Shown: positions 37,100 to 51,370, numbered from the stretch's first letter. The stretch is 64,000 nt of DNA from Malacoraja senta (GCA_038087875.1 CM075977.1:351540001-351604000); one strand, 5' to 3'. Made by a program: numbers and translations. Notes: generated by a model not told the origin, from the letters alone.

Positions 37100-37638
37100 G
37101 TCTCTGAGGAAGGACATTATTGCCATAGAGGGAGTGCAGAGAAGGTTCACCAGACTGATTCCTGGGATGTCAGGACTGTCTTATGAAGAAAGACTGGATA
37201 GACTTGGTTTATACTCTCTAGAATTTAGGAGATTGAGAGGGGATCTTATAGAAACTTACAAAATTCTTAAGGGGTTGGACAGGCTAGATGCAGGAAGATT
37301 GCTCCCGATGTTGGGGAAGTCCAGGACAAGGGGTCACAGCTTAAGGATAAGGGGGAAATCCTTTAAAACCGAGATGAGAAGAACTTTTTTCACACAGAGA
37401 GTGGTGAATCTCTGGAACTCTCTGCCACAGAGGGTAGTCGAGGCCAGTTCATTGGTTATATTTAAGAGGGAGCTAGATGTGGCCCTTGTGGCTAAAGGGA
37501 TCAGAGGGTATGGAGAGAAGGCAGGTACGGGATACTGAGTTGGATGATCAGCCATGATCATATTGAATGGCGGTGCAGGCTCGAAGGGCCGAATGGCCTA
37601 CTCCTGCACCTAATTTCTATGTTTTCTATGTTTCTATG
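37100..37638 (+). mobile_element. Young 5'-truncated CR1
   Basis: ORF 37086-37538 is nearly identical to 7790-8410; tail present. Confidence 0.92.
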
Positions 37639-37939
37639 AATGAGAGGAACACGAGGCCAGGGACGATGAAGAGTCTGTGAAGTCAGGTATGCAAGTCTAG
37701 TCGCTCAGCCAATTCTAAATGATGAAAACTAACTTGGATCTGTGTAAACCAAACCCTTGTTTGACAAAGGTAAATGAGGTAATGCTAACCGACCCCCTTT
37801 GGAGCAAGATCAATAAGGAAAGCACACGACCCGGCTGAGTGGGTTTAAGTCAAGGAGAAGAAGACCAGAGAGGTAGTCAAATCATTGCACAGGTAAATTA
37901 GGCTTGTACATTAGTGTAACGTGTGGATTTAGATTTGTC

Positions 37940-38575
37940 TAACGAGAGGCGTTGAACATAGGAGCAGAGGTCCTTCTGCTTTTGTACAGGGCCCTGATGA
38001 GACCACACCTGGAGCATTGTGTGCAGTTTTGGTCTCCTAATTTGAGGAAGGATATTCCTGCTATTGAGGGAGTGCAGCGTAGGTTCTCGAGGTTAATTCC
38101 CGGGATGGCGGGACTGTCATATCATGAAAGAATGGAGTGACTGGGCTTGGATTCACTGGAATTTAGAAGGATGAGAGGGCATCTTATAGAAACTTTAAAA
38201 ATAATTAAGGGATTGGACACGCTAGATGTAGGAAACATGTTCCCAATGTAGGGGGAATCCTGAACCAGGGGCCACAGTTTAAGAATAAGGGGTAGGCCAT
38301 TTAGAACTGAGATGAGGAAAAACTTTTTCACAGAGAGAGTTGTGAATTTGTGTAATTCTCTGCCTCAGAAAGCAGTGGAGGCCGATTCACTGGATGCATT
38401 CAAGAGAGAGTTAGATAGAGCTCTTAGGGCTTGTGGAATCAAGGGGTATGGGGAGAAGGCAGGAACAGGATACTGATTGTGAATGATCAGCCGTGATCAC
38501 ATTGAATGGCGGTGCTGGCTCGAACGGCTTAATGGCCTACTCCTGCACCTATTGTCTATGTATCTATCTATGTTT
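37940..38575 (+). mobile_element. 5'-truncated CR1
   Basis: LYRALMRPHLEHCVQFWSP through the 3' UTR and tail. Confidence 0.9.
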
Positions 38576-40164
38576 GTCGGTTGATTCATCTCCTCTTGTC
38601 TGAAGATGAAAACTGTGAATAAAGAAGCCTTAAAACCTGCTTTTGGTCTTTAAACACCCTTGAAAACAAGATATGTTCTGTCAGTCATCTTCATCTGGCT
38701 GTGGCTTAAACTAGCTTGAACCAAATTGATAGGAGACATCTCGTTGTTGAAGCAGATGCCAGCAGTCATGATGCAAGTCTGGGATGTGGAAAACATTGTG
38801 GCACAATGTGGCAGATCTCAACAACGTCAGCCACCACACTGAAGACTGCTGTGAAAATGGTGGATCAAAGAAGAAGAATTGTGTGTGTGTAATGGGGATT
38901 CCAGACACAGACTTGGAAGACAATGGGAGTCCACATTCGCAATGTCATTTCCAAGAAAATCCTCTGGTCATCACATTTACCCCTTGTACATTCTTCTGCT
39001 GATTTATGCTTCTCCTCACAGCTCTCTTTCTTGTGTAGCTTTATACTGTCACCAAACTTGAATACGTTACACTTTTTATCCAATTGTCATTAATATAGGC
39101 TCTAAAGAGCTGAAGAACACATCCCAGTTCCCTGCATCATGGTTTCTGGCATCAGCTTCAGCAACAAGACATCTTCTATCAATGAGATGCAAGTTAGATT
39201 TAGCCAGTGCCAAATGAAGATGACCATAAGACCATTAGGACATGGGAGCAGAATTAGAACATTTGGCTCATCGAGTATCTTCTGCCAATCGGTCAGAGCT
39301 GATCTATTTTTCCCTCTCAATCCCATTCTCTTGCCTTCTCCCCATAACCTTTGATGTCCTAACTAATCAAGAACTTATCAATGTCCATTTTAAAAATACC
39401 CAATGACTTGACCATCTGTGGCAATGAATTCTACTGATTGACCACACCCACTAAATTCTCATGCCAATCTTTGTGGCGCTCCAGGAAAAACAGCCTGAAA
39501 ATAAACCTGTTTCCTCCAAATCCTTTCTTCCCTTCTTGTGAGGAGCAAAGATTATGTCCAAAGGACCCGCCAAAGACAAGCTGCACAAGTATGGCCCATA
39601 GATTTTCAAAGACACTGTTTATATTTCATTGGAAAGTTAAATTAATTACATTTATGATTTAATGTTACGTACGCTCATATTTTATAATACCAATAACATT
39701 GAATATTTTGTGATTTATAATTACTGAATTATGAAAAAGTATAACTTTTTTCCAACTACAGGACATTTTTAAATGTAACAACAGATCAGGAAAGTGGGTG
39801 ATGGTAAAACAAAATTAACCTCAACATTTGTTATGACTCCAAGGAGCTGGTTAGATATTAGTGCTTACATGTCCTACTGAAAGAAAAGCCTGTATTTAGA
39901 CAAAAGTCAAATTTCCATTTTGTGTCATCTGTAGCCAACTAGTGTATTGTGGCTCAAAGCCGACAAAAACAGGACTAGTTTGGCTCGATGAATATCTTTC
40001 AGGGTCAGCCTTCACTTCAATTTCACATCACATTCTCCATAATTTGGGCCTTGGGGATAGATTATTTAATGATACATTAACCATTGTTAAAGCTTGGTCA
40101 TTGGTATTAAAAGCAAATCTAAATATACATATGTGGACAATAAAAAGCCCTGAATGTGCAAATG

Positions 40165-40448
40165 TTTTGGTTTTAGTTTTGGAAATGCAGTCAACAAAAC
40201 AGGCCATCCCAACCAACCATCACCATACACTAGTTTCAACTTATTCTACTAGGGACAATTTACAGAAACCAATTAACCTATAAACATGCACATCTTTGGA
40301 ATGTGGGAAGAAACCGGAGCACATGGAGGAAACCCACGTGGTCACAGGAAGGATGTGCAAACTCCATATAGGCAGCATCTGTAGTCAGGGTTGAACCCGG
40401 GTATCTGGCGCTGTAAGGCAGCAACTCTACCAATGTGCCACTGTGCTG
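40165..40448 (-). mobile_element. HE1-type SINE
   Basis: Reverse SINE consensus (GAAACCGGAGCACATGGAGGAAACCCACG..GCAACTCTACC). Confidence 0.8.
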
Positions 40449-41101
40449 CTCAAGTGTACTGAGAGAGAGAAAAAAAATCCAGTTCTTGTAAGACTTGTAA
40501 AACTCAACAGATACCAAAATAAATGCAGAAAGAAAAAAATGGGTAAGGTTTCCGCAGACAGAATGGTGTAGTACCTACTGTAAACCATTTGATGACTGGT
40601 GAGATGTATTTGCAAAAGTGGTCATGAAAGAGGATGCTTTGTTTGATCAGCTGGTACTCCTCTCCAGGAACACTGCAGTAAAATGAGTAGAAATTAATGC
40701 TCTGCACCAAAAGTGTATTCAAAATTTAATTCAGTGGGAAACCACAGAGCAAGTCCATCTGTGATCACCTACTTGTTAATAATGCAGCTCAGTTTGTATA
40801 ATTTATAATATTGTAAAAAGGCCTTTAAGTAGCTTTGATTTTCAATTCTTTGACAACAATGCTTCAGCAATTCAACAACATGCCCAAGCAGAAAAATGCA
40901 AATATGGAAAAAGCTTGAGCACAATGATGGCCTTGATGGTACCTTGCTGCGTTTTACATGAAACTTAAGTGCTCTAGAGGGATCTGGGATTACCAATACA
41001 TGGTTCCCTGAAAGTAGTGTCACAGGCAGATAGGGTAGTAAAGAAGGCTTTTGATACATTGGCATTCATCAGTCAGGGTAGTGAGGTATGGATGTTGGGA
41101 T

Positions 41102-41313
41102 TGACACAAAGTGCTGGAGTAAGTCAGTGGGTCAGACAGCATCTCTGGAGAAAAAGGATGGCTGATGTTTCAGGTCGAGACTCTTTTTCAGTCTGAAGAA
41201 GGGTTCTGACCTGAAACGTTACCCATCCTTTTTTCTCCAGAGGTGCTGCCTGACGCGATGACTTATTCCAGCACTTTGTGCCTATCTCAGATATAAACCA
41301 GTATCTGCAGTTA
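41102..41313. mobile_element. Inverted pair of Penelope-derived hammerhead units inside an old CR1 (about 41000-41850)
   Basis: GA(T/G)GTTGGGAT flanks at 41091-41101 and 41314-41324; plus-strand core CTGAAGA (41193) to GAAACGTT. Confidence 0.75.
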
Positions 41314-43420
41314 GAGGTTGGGATGTGGGTGAGGTTGTATTTGGAGTACTGGGTTCAGTTTTTGTCATCTTGATGTAGGAAGGATGGCATTAAGCTGGAA
41401 AGCACCAGATAGGTTTTATGAGGATGTTGACAGGACTTGAGAGTCTGAGCTGTTGGAGAGATTAGGCAAGCTGGAGTTTATTCCTTGAACTGCAGGAGAC
41501 TGAGGGGAGATCTAAAAATGGTGTATAAATTCATGAGGGAAATAGCTAGAATGAATACAGTAGAGTCTTTCATCCAGAGTAGGGGAATTCACAAATAGAG
41601 GTCATAGTTTTAAGGAGAAGAACCTGAGGAGCAACATGGTGGGTATATGTAATGAGCTGTCAGAGGAGGTAGTTGAGGCAGGTGCTATAACAGCATTTAA
41701 AATACATTTGGACAGGAACTGGGATAGGAAAGGTTTAGAAGGATGCGTGCAAAATGCAGACAAAGGAGACAAGCTTAGATAGGGCATCTTGGTCGGCATG
41801 GACGAGTTGGGCCAAACGGCCTGTTTCTGTGTCGTATGACTATGACTCCATGATTCCCAGAGGTAACTCCGCTTCTCCCTGCCCAACCTATTGATTTGCA
41901 TGAGAAGCTCATGTGTTTATTTTTACACGTTTCATGCAATCTCAGCATCTTTTCTAATGATGCAGGTTGGCCACAGGCTTTCTTGTGGCAACTAACTGGG
42001 CCATGCTACTGGATTCAGAGCATTGTAGACCAGTTACATGACAGTCGTGCAGACAATCTGGCTCTGGTGGTTGTTGGTCTCATTGCATGCATTATTTTAT
42101 CTTAGACCACTTCAGCTGTAAAATACCATATTTAATGTACATTAAAGGCAATCCAATAATTCATTTTACGTTAACCTGCCAACTAGTATGGGTTCTTTCA
42201 TTTTCCCGATAAATGCCTTGACTTTCCCTGAGTTTGTATTCTATAACAGTTTGCATTGTCTCATATTCACTATTTTTTTTATGGCCTTCTGGTCTGCTGC
42301 TTCTTATAAATCATTCAACTAAATTGAGCATTCCAGTGGTCCAGAAAACAAAATTCAGCTGTTACTTTTTAATCCAAGTACATATTCCTTTCATTTTCTG
42401 ATTACAAATCAATAGGAAAATCTACTGAAAAGCCACATTTTAGAAATTCTACTTTAAAAACTCATTATCAATTTTTCATTTTTTTGGGTTAAAAGAAATG
42501 TCCATCTGAATGAATTAGTAGTATGTGCAATGTAGTACCATACTAAATAAATTAAAAAATCATGCCAAGGATTATTTTTGTTTATGAAGATTGGCTGAAA
42601 GATTGCATTGGGTAGAATGAGCAAGAATCAAGAGAGAGGGCTTAATTTTTCAACATTCTCACATCTGTTCCACGTTCAGTCTTTCTAGCAGAGAGTTGTG
42701 AGTCTGTGGAATTCTCTGCCTCAGAGGGTGGTGGAGGCCAGTTCTCTGGATACTTTCAAGAGAGAGCTGGATAGAGCTCTTATAGCGGAGTCAGGGGATA
42801 TGGGGAGAAGGCAGGAACAGGGTACTGATTGGGGATGATCAGCCATAATCACATTGAATGGCTCGAAGGGTCGAATGGCCTACTCCTGCACCTATTGTCT
42901 ATTGTCTATTGCAGTGTTTTATACAGTTCACAAATTAAATTATTCCTGAAGCGTATTCGCCACACAGGCAAAGAGATTAACCTTTTGCAGTATTGCAGAG
43001 CAATGTCCCACAACATACAAGACCGATTAAGTGTGTTTCCATTACAATTAACTGCGTGAGGTGGAAGAATGAAAAAGTTCACAATGCTTCCTTTGGATGA
43101 GGACCAGGTTCTTTAGCATCTACTTGCACATTTGGAACAGCTGGAAATTGACCTCAGTGTAATTTTGCATCTAAAGAATGAAGAAGGGTCTCGACCCAAA
43201 ATGTCACCCATTCCTTCTCTCCAGAGATGCTGCCTGTCCTGCTGAGTTACTCCAGCTTCTTGTGTCTATTTTCATCTAAACACAACACTTCCTCAGTTTT
43301 CTCAGACTTGTCAACAGATTACAAATCGGGGCATAATTTTTTTGTGCACCCAAACTGCTAATTGGAAAAAAAAGAACTGCTTAATTCCAGGTGTCCAGCT
43401 AAGAGGAAGAGAGGGAGGTT

Positions 43421-43454
43421 GGTCTGAAGAAGGGTCTCGACCCGAAACGTAACC
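43421..43454 (+). ncRNA. Minimal type I hammerhead ribozyme motif (intact core)
   Basis: GGT-CTGAAGA-A-GGGT CTCG ACCC-GAAA-C-GTA^ACC: CUGANGA, stem II, GAAA, palindromic ACGU stem III and NUH site. Confidence 0.7.
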
Positions 43455-45330
43455 CATTCTTTTTCGCCAGAGATGTTGCCTGTCCCGCTGAGTTACTCCA
43501 GCAATTTGTGTCTATCTTCGAGTAAGATTTACATTTTGGTTTGATTTTTATGTAAACTATGACACATATGTTAACAGTTTTATACCACAAGGTTTAATAG
43601 AAATGATTTAAAAAAGGCTGCAGCAACATTTCTTGTTTGACATAAACTGCTGCTTGTATTGTGGGGAAACACTGATACCCCCATTAGAACAAGCACAAAA
43701 TGATGCAGTAAAAATGAGTTCACATTATCTTTGCAGACTCCTCAATTGACAGAGGAGCTCAGAATGTCATTTTGTTACTGCAGGTGGGAGACGCAACAAA
43801 TTATATGATTGTGTAATTGGCTGCCCGAGAGCACCTAAAGGGGTCACAAGCACATTTTTTGAAATCCACTCCTTCATAAATCACGATGTATTAATCTGAC
43901 CATCACATCTACCTCCAAAAGTTTGTATTGATTCTATATCCATCGATGGGAAACCTCAGCAAGCACCTATTACCAGTGATGGTAAAAGCAAGCACTTGTG
44001 TAATAAAATAAATGGACTGGTCAGAAGGAGGATCAGGGAGCCAATTAGAAAATCAATGGGAAAATTATTGTAATAAACAAGAGACATAGCTGAGGATCTC
44101 AATATTTATTCTGGTATTCAAAAGTACATTTGTATCACATCATGTCAACAGCAAGTTAAAAATTGAGTGAAATCTTAAAATGCAATTTTTTTATATTTAT
44201 GGAAGAACTCACTAATTATTAAGCTGTTGTGGTCTAGTTGTTATTAAAATAGTGAACATTCTGAAGTAATTATCGTTTTTATTAATAGCTAGTAATCCCT
44301 GCAAAGAAAGCACCACTGTTCATGTTTGAATTAACAACATAAATGTCGCAAGATTTTACTTAAATACATGGCTGTAGTAAGCACAAGGCCTCCACTGTGC
44401 TTAAACTGCAAGGAAAAAGAAAATGCAGATGCAAGAAATCTGAAATATATTCAGGATATATATCTGCTGATTTAAAGCTGGTTACTTATGCTATTGATGA
44501 TGAGATAAGTTCTTACCTTAAAAAACATAAGAACTTGTTTAGTTATGAGTGGTCATTTATCTGCAATATTAATGATACTTTGCTCCACCAAATATAATAC
44601 CACTTTGGTTCAACCATTTAAAATGATTCCATGTTTCCCCCATTAAGGCAGCTAATTGCCTCTGAAATTAATCAGTGGTGTTTGCCTATGCTGTTTACTT
44701 AAGGTGCTGATTATCATGTGGAGGAGAAAACGCCAGAAGGTAGGAAAATTAAAAGCCATATATTTATATGGAGCTTAGGTATTGGATTCATTAACACTTG
44801 TGTTTTATGTGCAAATTGCACAAAGAGGTGATTTGGCAGAAGATTAATTGCTTTGGTATGCTGATGATCATTTCCAGGTGAAATTGCAATAGTTGGGAAA
44901 CTAGTACAAGCTCTTTCATATGCTAGTCTCTCTAACTTCAGGCCTAATTGGGGGCACACACTCCACACACAGTGTCCTTCCATGCCTTTAGTTAGCAGCA
45001 TAATGTTAAGAATGTGCTTTGTGGACGGACACTCTTCCCAGTAATCATGTATCTCCTGCTGGATAAGTTGTGTTTTAGTGCATGAAATTTGGTATAAACC
45101 GCAATAACTCTGTTCCAGATATGATTTTGGTCAATTCCCCAAGTTTTTGAGAGGTTGGGAGTTCAGCATATTAGAAAAAGGTCCAATCCATTGTGCAGGC
45201 TAATGTCTTCGTTTTTTATTTTGAAGTAACCATTGCATAGTTTAGGAATGCATGAAACATGGTCTCACCAACAGCAATATAATTGTAATGGCTGGATGAT
45301 CTCTACCAGTGATGTTGATTGAGAAATGGG

Positions 45331-48300
45331 ATTGAGAGCAGGAACAGGGAGATACGGGACCTGAATGTGTGGCTGAGGAACGGGGGCTGGGATTTAGACT
45401 CTTAGATCACTGGGATCTGTTTTGGAGTAAGGGGGAACTGTACAAAAGGGACGGATTGCATCTTAACTGGTGGGGGACCAGCATTCTGGCAGGCAGGTTT
45501 GCCACTGCTACACGGGTGGTTTTAAACTGAATAAGGGGGGTGGGGTGTCAAATGGGATAGTCGAGGATGGAGTTAAAGGGAAAGAGAGTAAAGGGATGTT
45601 TAATGACCCCAGAATTAACAGGAAAGGAAGCTCACACAGGGATAGGAGAGTATGGCCAAGTGAAATAGGGATCGATGTGAAAGGTGAGATGCATAAGGAA
45701 TTAAAAGTATTGTATATGAATGCGCAAAGCATAAGAAGTAAAGTAGATGAGCTTGAGGCTCAGTTAGAGGTTGGTAGATATGACATTGTGGGGATTACTG
45801 AGACGTGGCTGCAGGAGTATCGGGCCTGAGAACTTAATATTCAGGGTTATACATCCTATAGAAAGGACAGGCAGGTGGGCAGAGGAGGGGGGGGGTAGCT
45901 CTGCTGGTGAGGGATGGAATTCAGTCCCTTGCGAGGGAAGACATAGGGACTGACGAGGTAGAGTCACTGTGGATTAAGTTGAGGAATTGTAAAGGCAAGA
46001 AGACACTAATTGGTGTTATTTACAGACCCCCAAATAGTAGTCCGGATGTAGGGTGTAAGTTGCAGCAGGAGTTAAAACTGGCATGTAACAAAGGTAATGC
46101 CACTGTGGTGATGGGGGATTTCAATATGCAGGTAGACTGGGAAAATCAGGTTGGTTCAGGACCCCAAGAAAGAGAGTTTGTAGAATGCTTCCGAGATGGA
46201 TTCTTAGAGCAGCTTGTAAAGGAGCCGACCAGAGAAAAGGCAATTCTAGATTTAGTGTTGTCCAATGAACCAGATATGATAAGAAAACTCAAGGTGAAGG
46301 AACCGCTTGGAGGTAGTGATCATAATATGATTAGTTTTAATCTGCAATTTGAGAAGGAGAACGTTAAATCAGAAGTGGCAGTGATGCGGTTCAACAAAGG
46401 GGACTATGAAGGCATGAGAGGGAAGCTGGCCAAAGTAGACTGGAAAGGGAATCTAGCAGGAATGACGGTGGAACAGCAATGGCAGAAATTTCTGGGCATA
46501 ATCCGGGAGACGCAGGATCATTTAATTCCAAAAAGGATGAAAGATTCTAAGGGGAGTAGGAGGCAACCGTGGCTGAGAAGAGAAGTTAGGGATAGAATAA
46601 AACTAAAAGAAAAGATGTATAACACAGCAAAGAGTAGCCGGAAGCCAGAGGACTGGGAAACTTTCATAGGACAACAGAAGGAAACAAAACGGGCAATACG
46701 GGCTGAAAAGATGAAGTACGAGTGGAAGCTGGCCAGGAATATAAAGAAGGACAGTAAAAGCTTCTTTAGATATGTTAAGGGAAAAAGAGTAGCAAAGTCA
46801 AATGTGGGTCCCTTGAAGGCAGACACGGGTGAAATCATTATGGGCAACAAGGAAATGGCAGAAGCGTTGAATAGGTACTTCGGATCTGTCTTCACTAAGG
46901 AAGACACAAACAATCTCCCAGATGTACTGGAGGACAGAGGATCTAAGGGGGTAGAGGAACTGAAAGAAATTTTCATTAGGCGAGAAATAGTATTGGGTAG
47001 GCTAATGGGACTGAAGGATGATAAATCCCCTGGGCCTGATGGTCTGCATCCCAGGGTCCTCAGGGAGGTGGCTCTAGAAATAGTGGACGCATTGGTGATC
47101 ATTTTCCAATGTTCAATAGATTCAGGATCAGTTCCTGTGGATTGTACGATAGCTAATGTTATCCCACTTTTCAAGAAAGGAGCGAGAGATAAAACAGGGA
47201 ATTACAGACCAGTTAATTCGGTGGTGGGAAAGATGTTGGAGTCAATTATTAAAGAGGTAATAATGGGGCATTTGGATAGCAGTAAAAGGATTAGTCCAAG
47301 TCAACATGGATTTATGAAAGGGAAATCATGCTTAACTAATCTTCTGGAATTTTTTGAGGATGTGACAAGTAAAATGGATGAAGGGGTGCCAGTGGCTGTA
47401 GTGTATCTAGACTTTCAGAAAGCCTTTGATAAGGTCCCGCACAGGAGTCTGGTGACTAAAATTAGAGCACATGGTATTGGGGGTAGGGTGTTGACATGGA
47501 TAGAAAATTGGTTGGCAGACCGGAAGCAAAGAGTGAACGGGTCCTTTTCAGAATGGCAGGCAGTGGCGAGTGGAGTGCCGCAAGGCTCAGTGTTGGGGCC
47601 GCAACTGTTTACCATATATATTAATGATTTGGAAGAGGGAATTAGGAGCAACACTAGCAAGTTTGCGGATGACACAAAGCTGGGTGGCAGTGTGAACAGT
47701 GAAGAGGATGTTAGGAGGTTGCAGGGTGACCTGGACAGGTTGAGTGAGTGGGCAGATTCATGGCAGATGCAGTATAATATAGATAAATGTGAGCTTATCC
47801 ACTTTGGCGGCAAAAACAAGGGGGCAGATTATTATCTCAATGGGGTTAGGTTAGGTAAGGGGAAGGTACAGCGAGTCCTGGGTGTCCTTGTACACCGGTC
47901 ACTGAAAGTTGGCTTACAGGTACAGCAGGCAGTGAAGAAAGCTAATGGAATGTTGGCCTTCATAACAAGAGGATTTCAGTATAGGAGTAAAGAGGTTCTT
48001 CTGCAGTTGTATAGGGCTCTGGTGAGACCACATCTGGAGTATTGTATACAGTTTTGGTCTCCTAATTTGAGGAAGTACATCCTTGTGATTGAGGCAGTGC
48101 AGCGTAGGTTCACGAGATTGATCCCTGGGATGGCGGGACTGTTATATGAGGAAAGATTGAAAAGACTAGGCTTGTATTTCACTGGAGTTTAGAAGGATGA
48201 GGAGGGATCTTATAGAAACGTATAAAATTATAAAAGGACTGGACAAGCTAGATGCAGGAAAAAAATTCCCAATGTTGGGCGAGTCCAGAACCAGGGGCCA

Positions 48301-48365
48301 CAGTCTTAGAATTAACGGGAGGTCATTTAAGGTTGAGGTGAGAAAAAACTGTTTCTATGTTTCTA
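45331..48365 (+). mobile_element. Long CR1 copy: ORF1 esterase C-terminus plus ORF2 (APE + RT) with few disruptions
   Basis: ORF1 LDHWDLFW..LYKRDGLHLN. ORF2 YMNAQSI..GITETWL, GVIYRPP, MGDFN, GSDH, SPGPDGLHP, YLDFQKAFDKV, GVPQGSVLGP, KFADDTK (761-aa ORF 45907-48192). Confidence 0.95.
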
Positions 48366-51144
48366 ATGCACATTGGGCAGGATAGGAAGAAACGCAAGCT
48401 GAACATTTCCAATGGAGGGCTCATAAATCAAAGTCTTGACTCCTCTGACTATTGATGCTGCCTGAGCTACTGAATATTCTCTGCATTTTTTTATTTGAGA
48501 TGGAAGAACTCCCGAGTTTTTATCTTGAAAAGAATGCCACAGGATAATTTATATCCAGCTGAGTATACTTACTTGTCCATTGAGAACATGCTTTAATAAC
48601 ACTTCTGAAAGGCAACACTACCAACACGTCTTGAATGCTGCATTTTATTTTTGCCTGCATAGTGTTCTCCAATATGGAACACAAGCCCATAATCTGTCAT
48701 TGATTTGATTTGATTGATTGATTTTGATTGATTGATTGAGGACATAGGTTTAAGGTGAAGAGGAAAAGATTTAATAGGAATCTGAGGGGTAACTTTTTCA
48801 CACAAAGGGTGGAACAAGCTGCCAGAGGAGGTAGTTGATGCAGGCACTATCCCAACATTTAAGAAACAATTAGACAGGTACATGGACAGGTTTGGAGGGA
48901 TGTGGACCAAACGCAGGCAGGTGCGAATAGTGTAGCTGGGACATGTTAGCCGGTGTGGGCAAGTTGGGCCAAAGGGCCTCTATGACTATGATTAATTACT
49001 ATCTTTGAGCCAAAACTGAAGATGAATTGGCAGATAATTTGTAAAACTCAAAATGCAAATACAAATGATTGAGTTGATTTTTAAAATAAATTCTTATTGT
49101 TTGTAATCTTAGGCAATTGATCAAATGATTTGTGTCCACACAGGGAAGATGTCTTATTTTATTATTGTCTTGTCTTGTCTTATTTTATTATTTTAATGAA
49201 GATTATTTTAACATGGGCTGACCTTTGCACAGAAGATTCCACCTGGCCTTCGCTGGATGAACCCTTGATCCAATAGTGAGGAGATTGAAGGTAATTGAAG
49301 GCCAGGCTCAGTTGAAAAGATGTACACATAAAAGCACATGCATACACACATGCATATGCACAAAAACATGCTCACACTTTACCGACTCAGGCAACCATAT
49401 AAACCACACTAGCTTTGACAAGCTGCATTTCACATTCCGTGCCTCACCTGGCATCCATTTACTTTATTTTAGTTTAGTTTAGAGATAGTTTAGTGAAACA
49501 GGCCCTTCAACCCACCAAGTCCACGCTGACCAGCAATCCACACATGCTAGAACTATCCTACACACTAGGGCCAATTTACAATTGTTTACTGAAGCCAATT
49601 AGCATACAAACCTATACGTCTTTGGAATATTCTTTGTAATGAAGTAACTGCTACAACAGATGCACGATAAAGAGTTGTTATCCCATGTGCAAAGCTTCTT
49701 TTGTTCAAGGACCAATGGTGGAGTCCACCTTCATCTCCACTTGGGAAAGAAATAAAAGTAATCGAAAGTACAGCCGGGGCCTGGATTTACCTGGTTACGG
49801 AGATAGTAAGATTCTGCTTCAAGCAGATTCTGACTTTATCAGCCTCAACATGTCAAAGGCGTGTCAGCACGAGAGTGGTTGGTGCAATGAGTGGGCCTTG
49901 TATTGCACTAAGGGCGCCCAAGGAAGAGCCAGACATGTACTAAACACAACAGGGGGTTTCAGTCCTTGATGCGCTACCACTCTGCACATCACTTAAGTAA
50001 TTGCAGCTGACCACAGACACACACACATTTCATCTTACAGGCAGTCAGAATCTTTTTTTCATATCAAAAACAAGAAAGCATACGTTTTGTAATGCAGAGT
50101 CTGCGGTTCCCTGTTTCTACATTCTGACTATTAAAGGGGATTTGAGGGATAGGATTTTGACAGAGGGTGATTGATATTGCAACCATGCTACCAACAGAGA
50201 TGGTGGAATCAGATAATTATTATTATGTTTAGGAGGCAATTAGACAGACACTTAAATCATGAAGGCATAGAAGGATATGGTCCATGTGCAGGCAAATGGA
50301 ATAAGTGTAGATGGGAGAACAGGTCAGCATTTAATGGTGAGCCAAAAGGTTTGCTTCTTTTGTGCGCAGCTCAAGGGCTCTCTGAATGGAACACGCTGGT
50401 GCAAATCACCACCCAGAGCAAAAACTGTAAATCCTGGAAGCACTCAGAAGTTCAGAAAGCAAAACCAAGTTAATGTTTCAGGTTTGAGTCCCATCATCAA
50501 ACTTGAAAATGGGAACTGTCTTTTGTGTTCTGGGCACCTCAATCATGGAAAGCAGGAGGAAAGCTCAGCCAAGCAATTCAGGATATCAAGGATTAGCTTC
50601 CGACAAGGATATTCATGAAATGATTCATTTTCTCTTATTCCCCTTCCTTGTATCAATCCTAGTGAACAGCAATTCCTTTGTGCTATACCCTACCCCCACA
50701 CACATCTCCCACACGCACCCATGGTCCAGTGTGCATGGAATTGAGAAGGAAAAATACTAATGTTCCGTTTTGAACCATGTAAAAATGAAAAAAAATCTGC
50801 ATATGCTGAAAATCTGAAACAATAGCAGAAAACACTCAGCAGGTCATGGAGCATGTGAGGAAGGAGAAACAAAGTTAATGTTTCAGGTCAAAAACTGAAG
50901 GGTATTATCAATGTGCATGGTCTGGAAGAAGTATCTCCTTTTAGCATGCAATCAATGTTTACATGGTCATTTGATTGTGAGCATCCTGGATCACAATTGG
51001 AGGACTCCCAACAAACACATGCAGGCAAGAACATAAGAGTGAGTGTGGGCAGATTATTGCACGTACGTACAGAGCCTGGAGCTGTCCCATTACAAATAAA
51101 TTTAGATTAATTTAAGTTCATTGTCAGAAGAGGAGATTGCAAAC

Positions 51145-51370
51145 AAAATGTCTAGAAAGGAACTGCAGACGTTGGTTTATACCAAAGATAGACACAAGTT
51201 GCTGGAGTAACTCAGTGGGTCAGTCGGCATCTCTGGAGAAAAAGGATGGAAGATGTTCCCTCCCTTCTATTTTCAGTCTGAAGAAGGGGTCCAACCCGAA
51301 AAGTCACCCATCCTTTTTCTCCAGAGAAGCTGCTGACTCGTTGATTTACGCCAGCACTTTGTGTCTATCT
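51145..51370. mobile_element. Inverted pair of Penelope-derived units
   Basis: Minus tail followed by plus CAGTCTGAAGAAGGGGTCCAACCCGAAAAGTCACCC. Confidence 0.7.

Noticed and set aside
38780-39200. Possible L1/Tx1 ORF1 remnant (EDCCENGGSKKKN..MGIPD)
   Set aside because: Only a loose resemblance to the LENRSRRNN..GIPE motif.
45907-48192. 761-aa ORF as a host gene
   Set aside because: It is CR1 ORF2 (APE + RT), disrupted at both ends.
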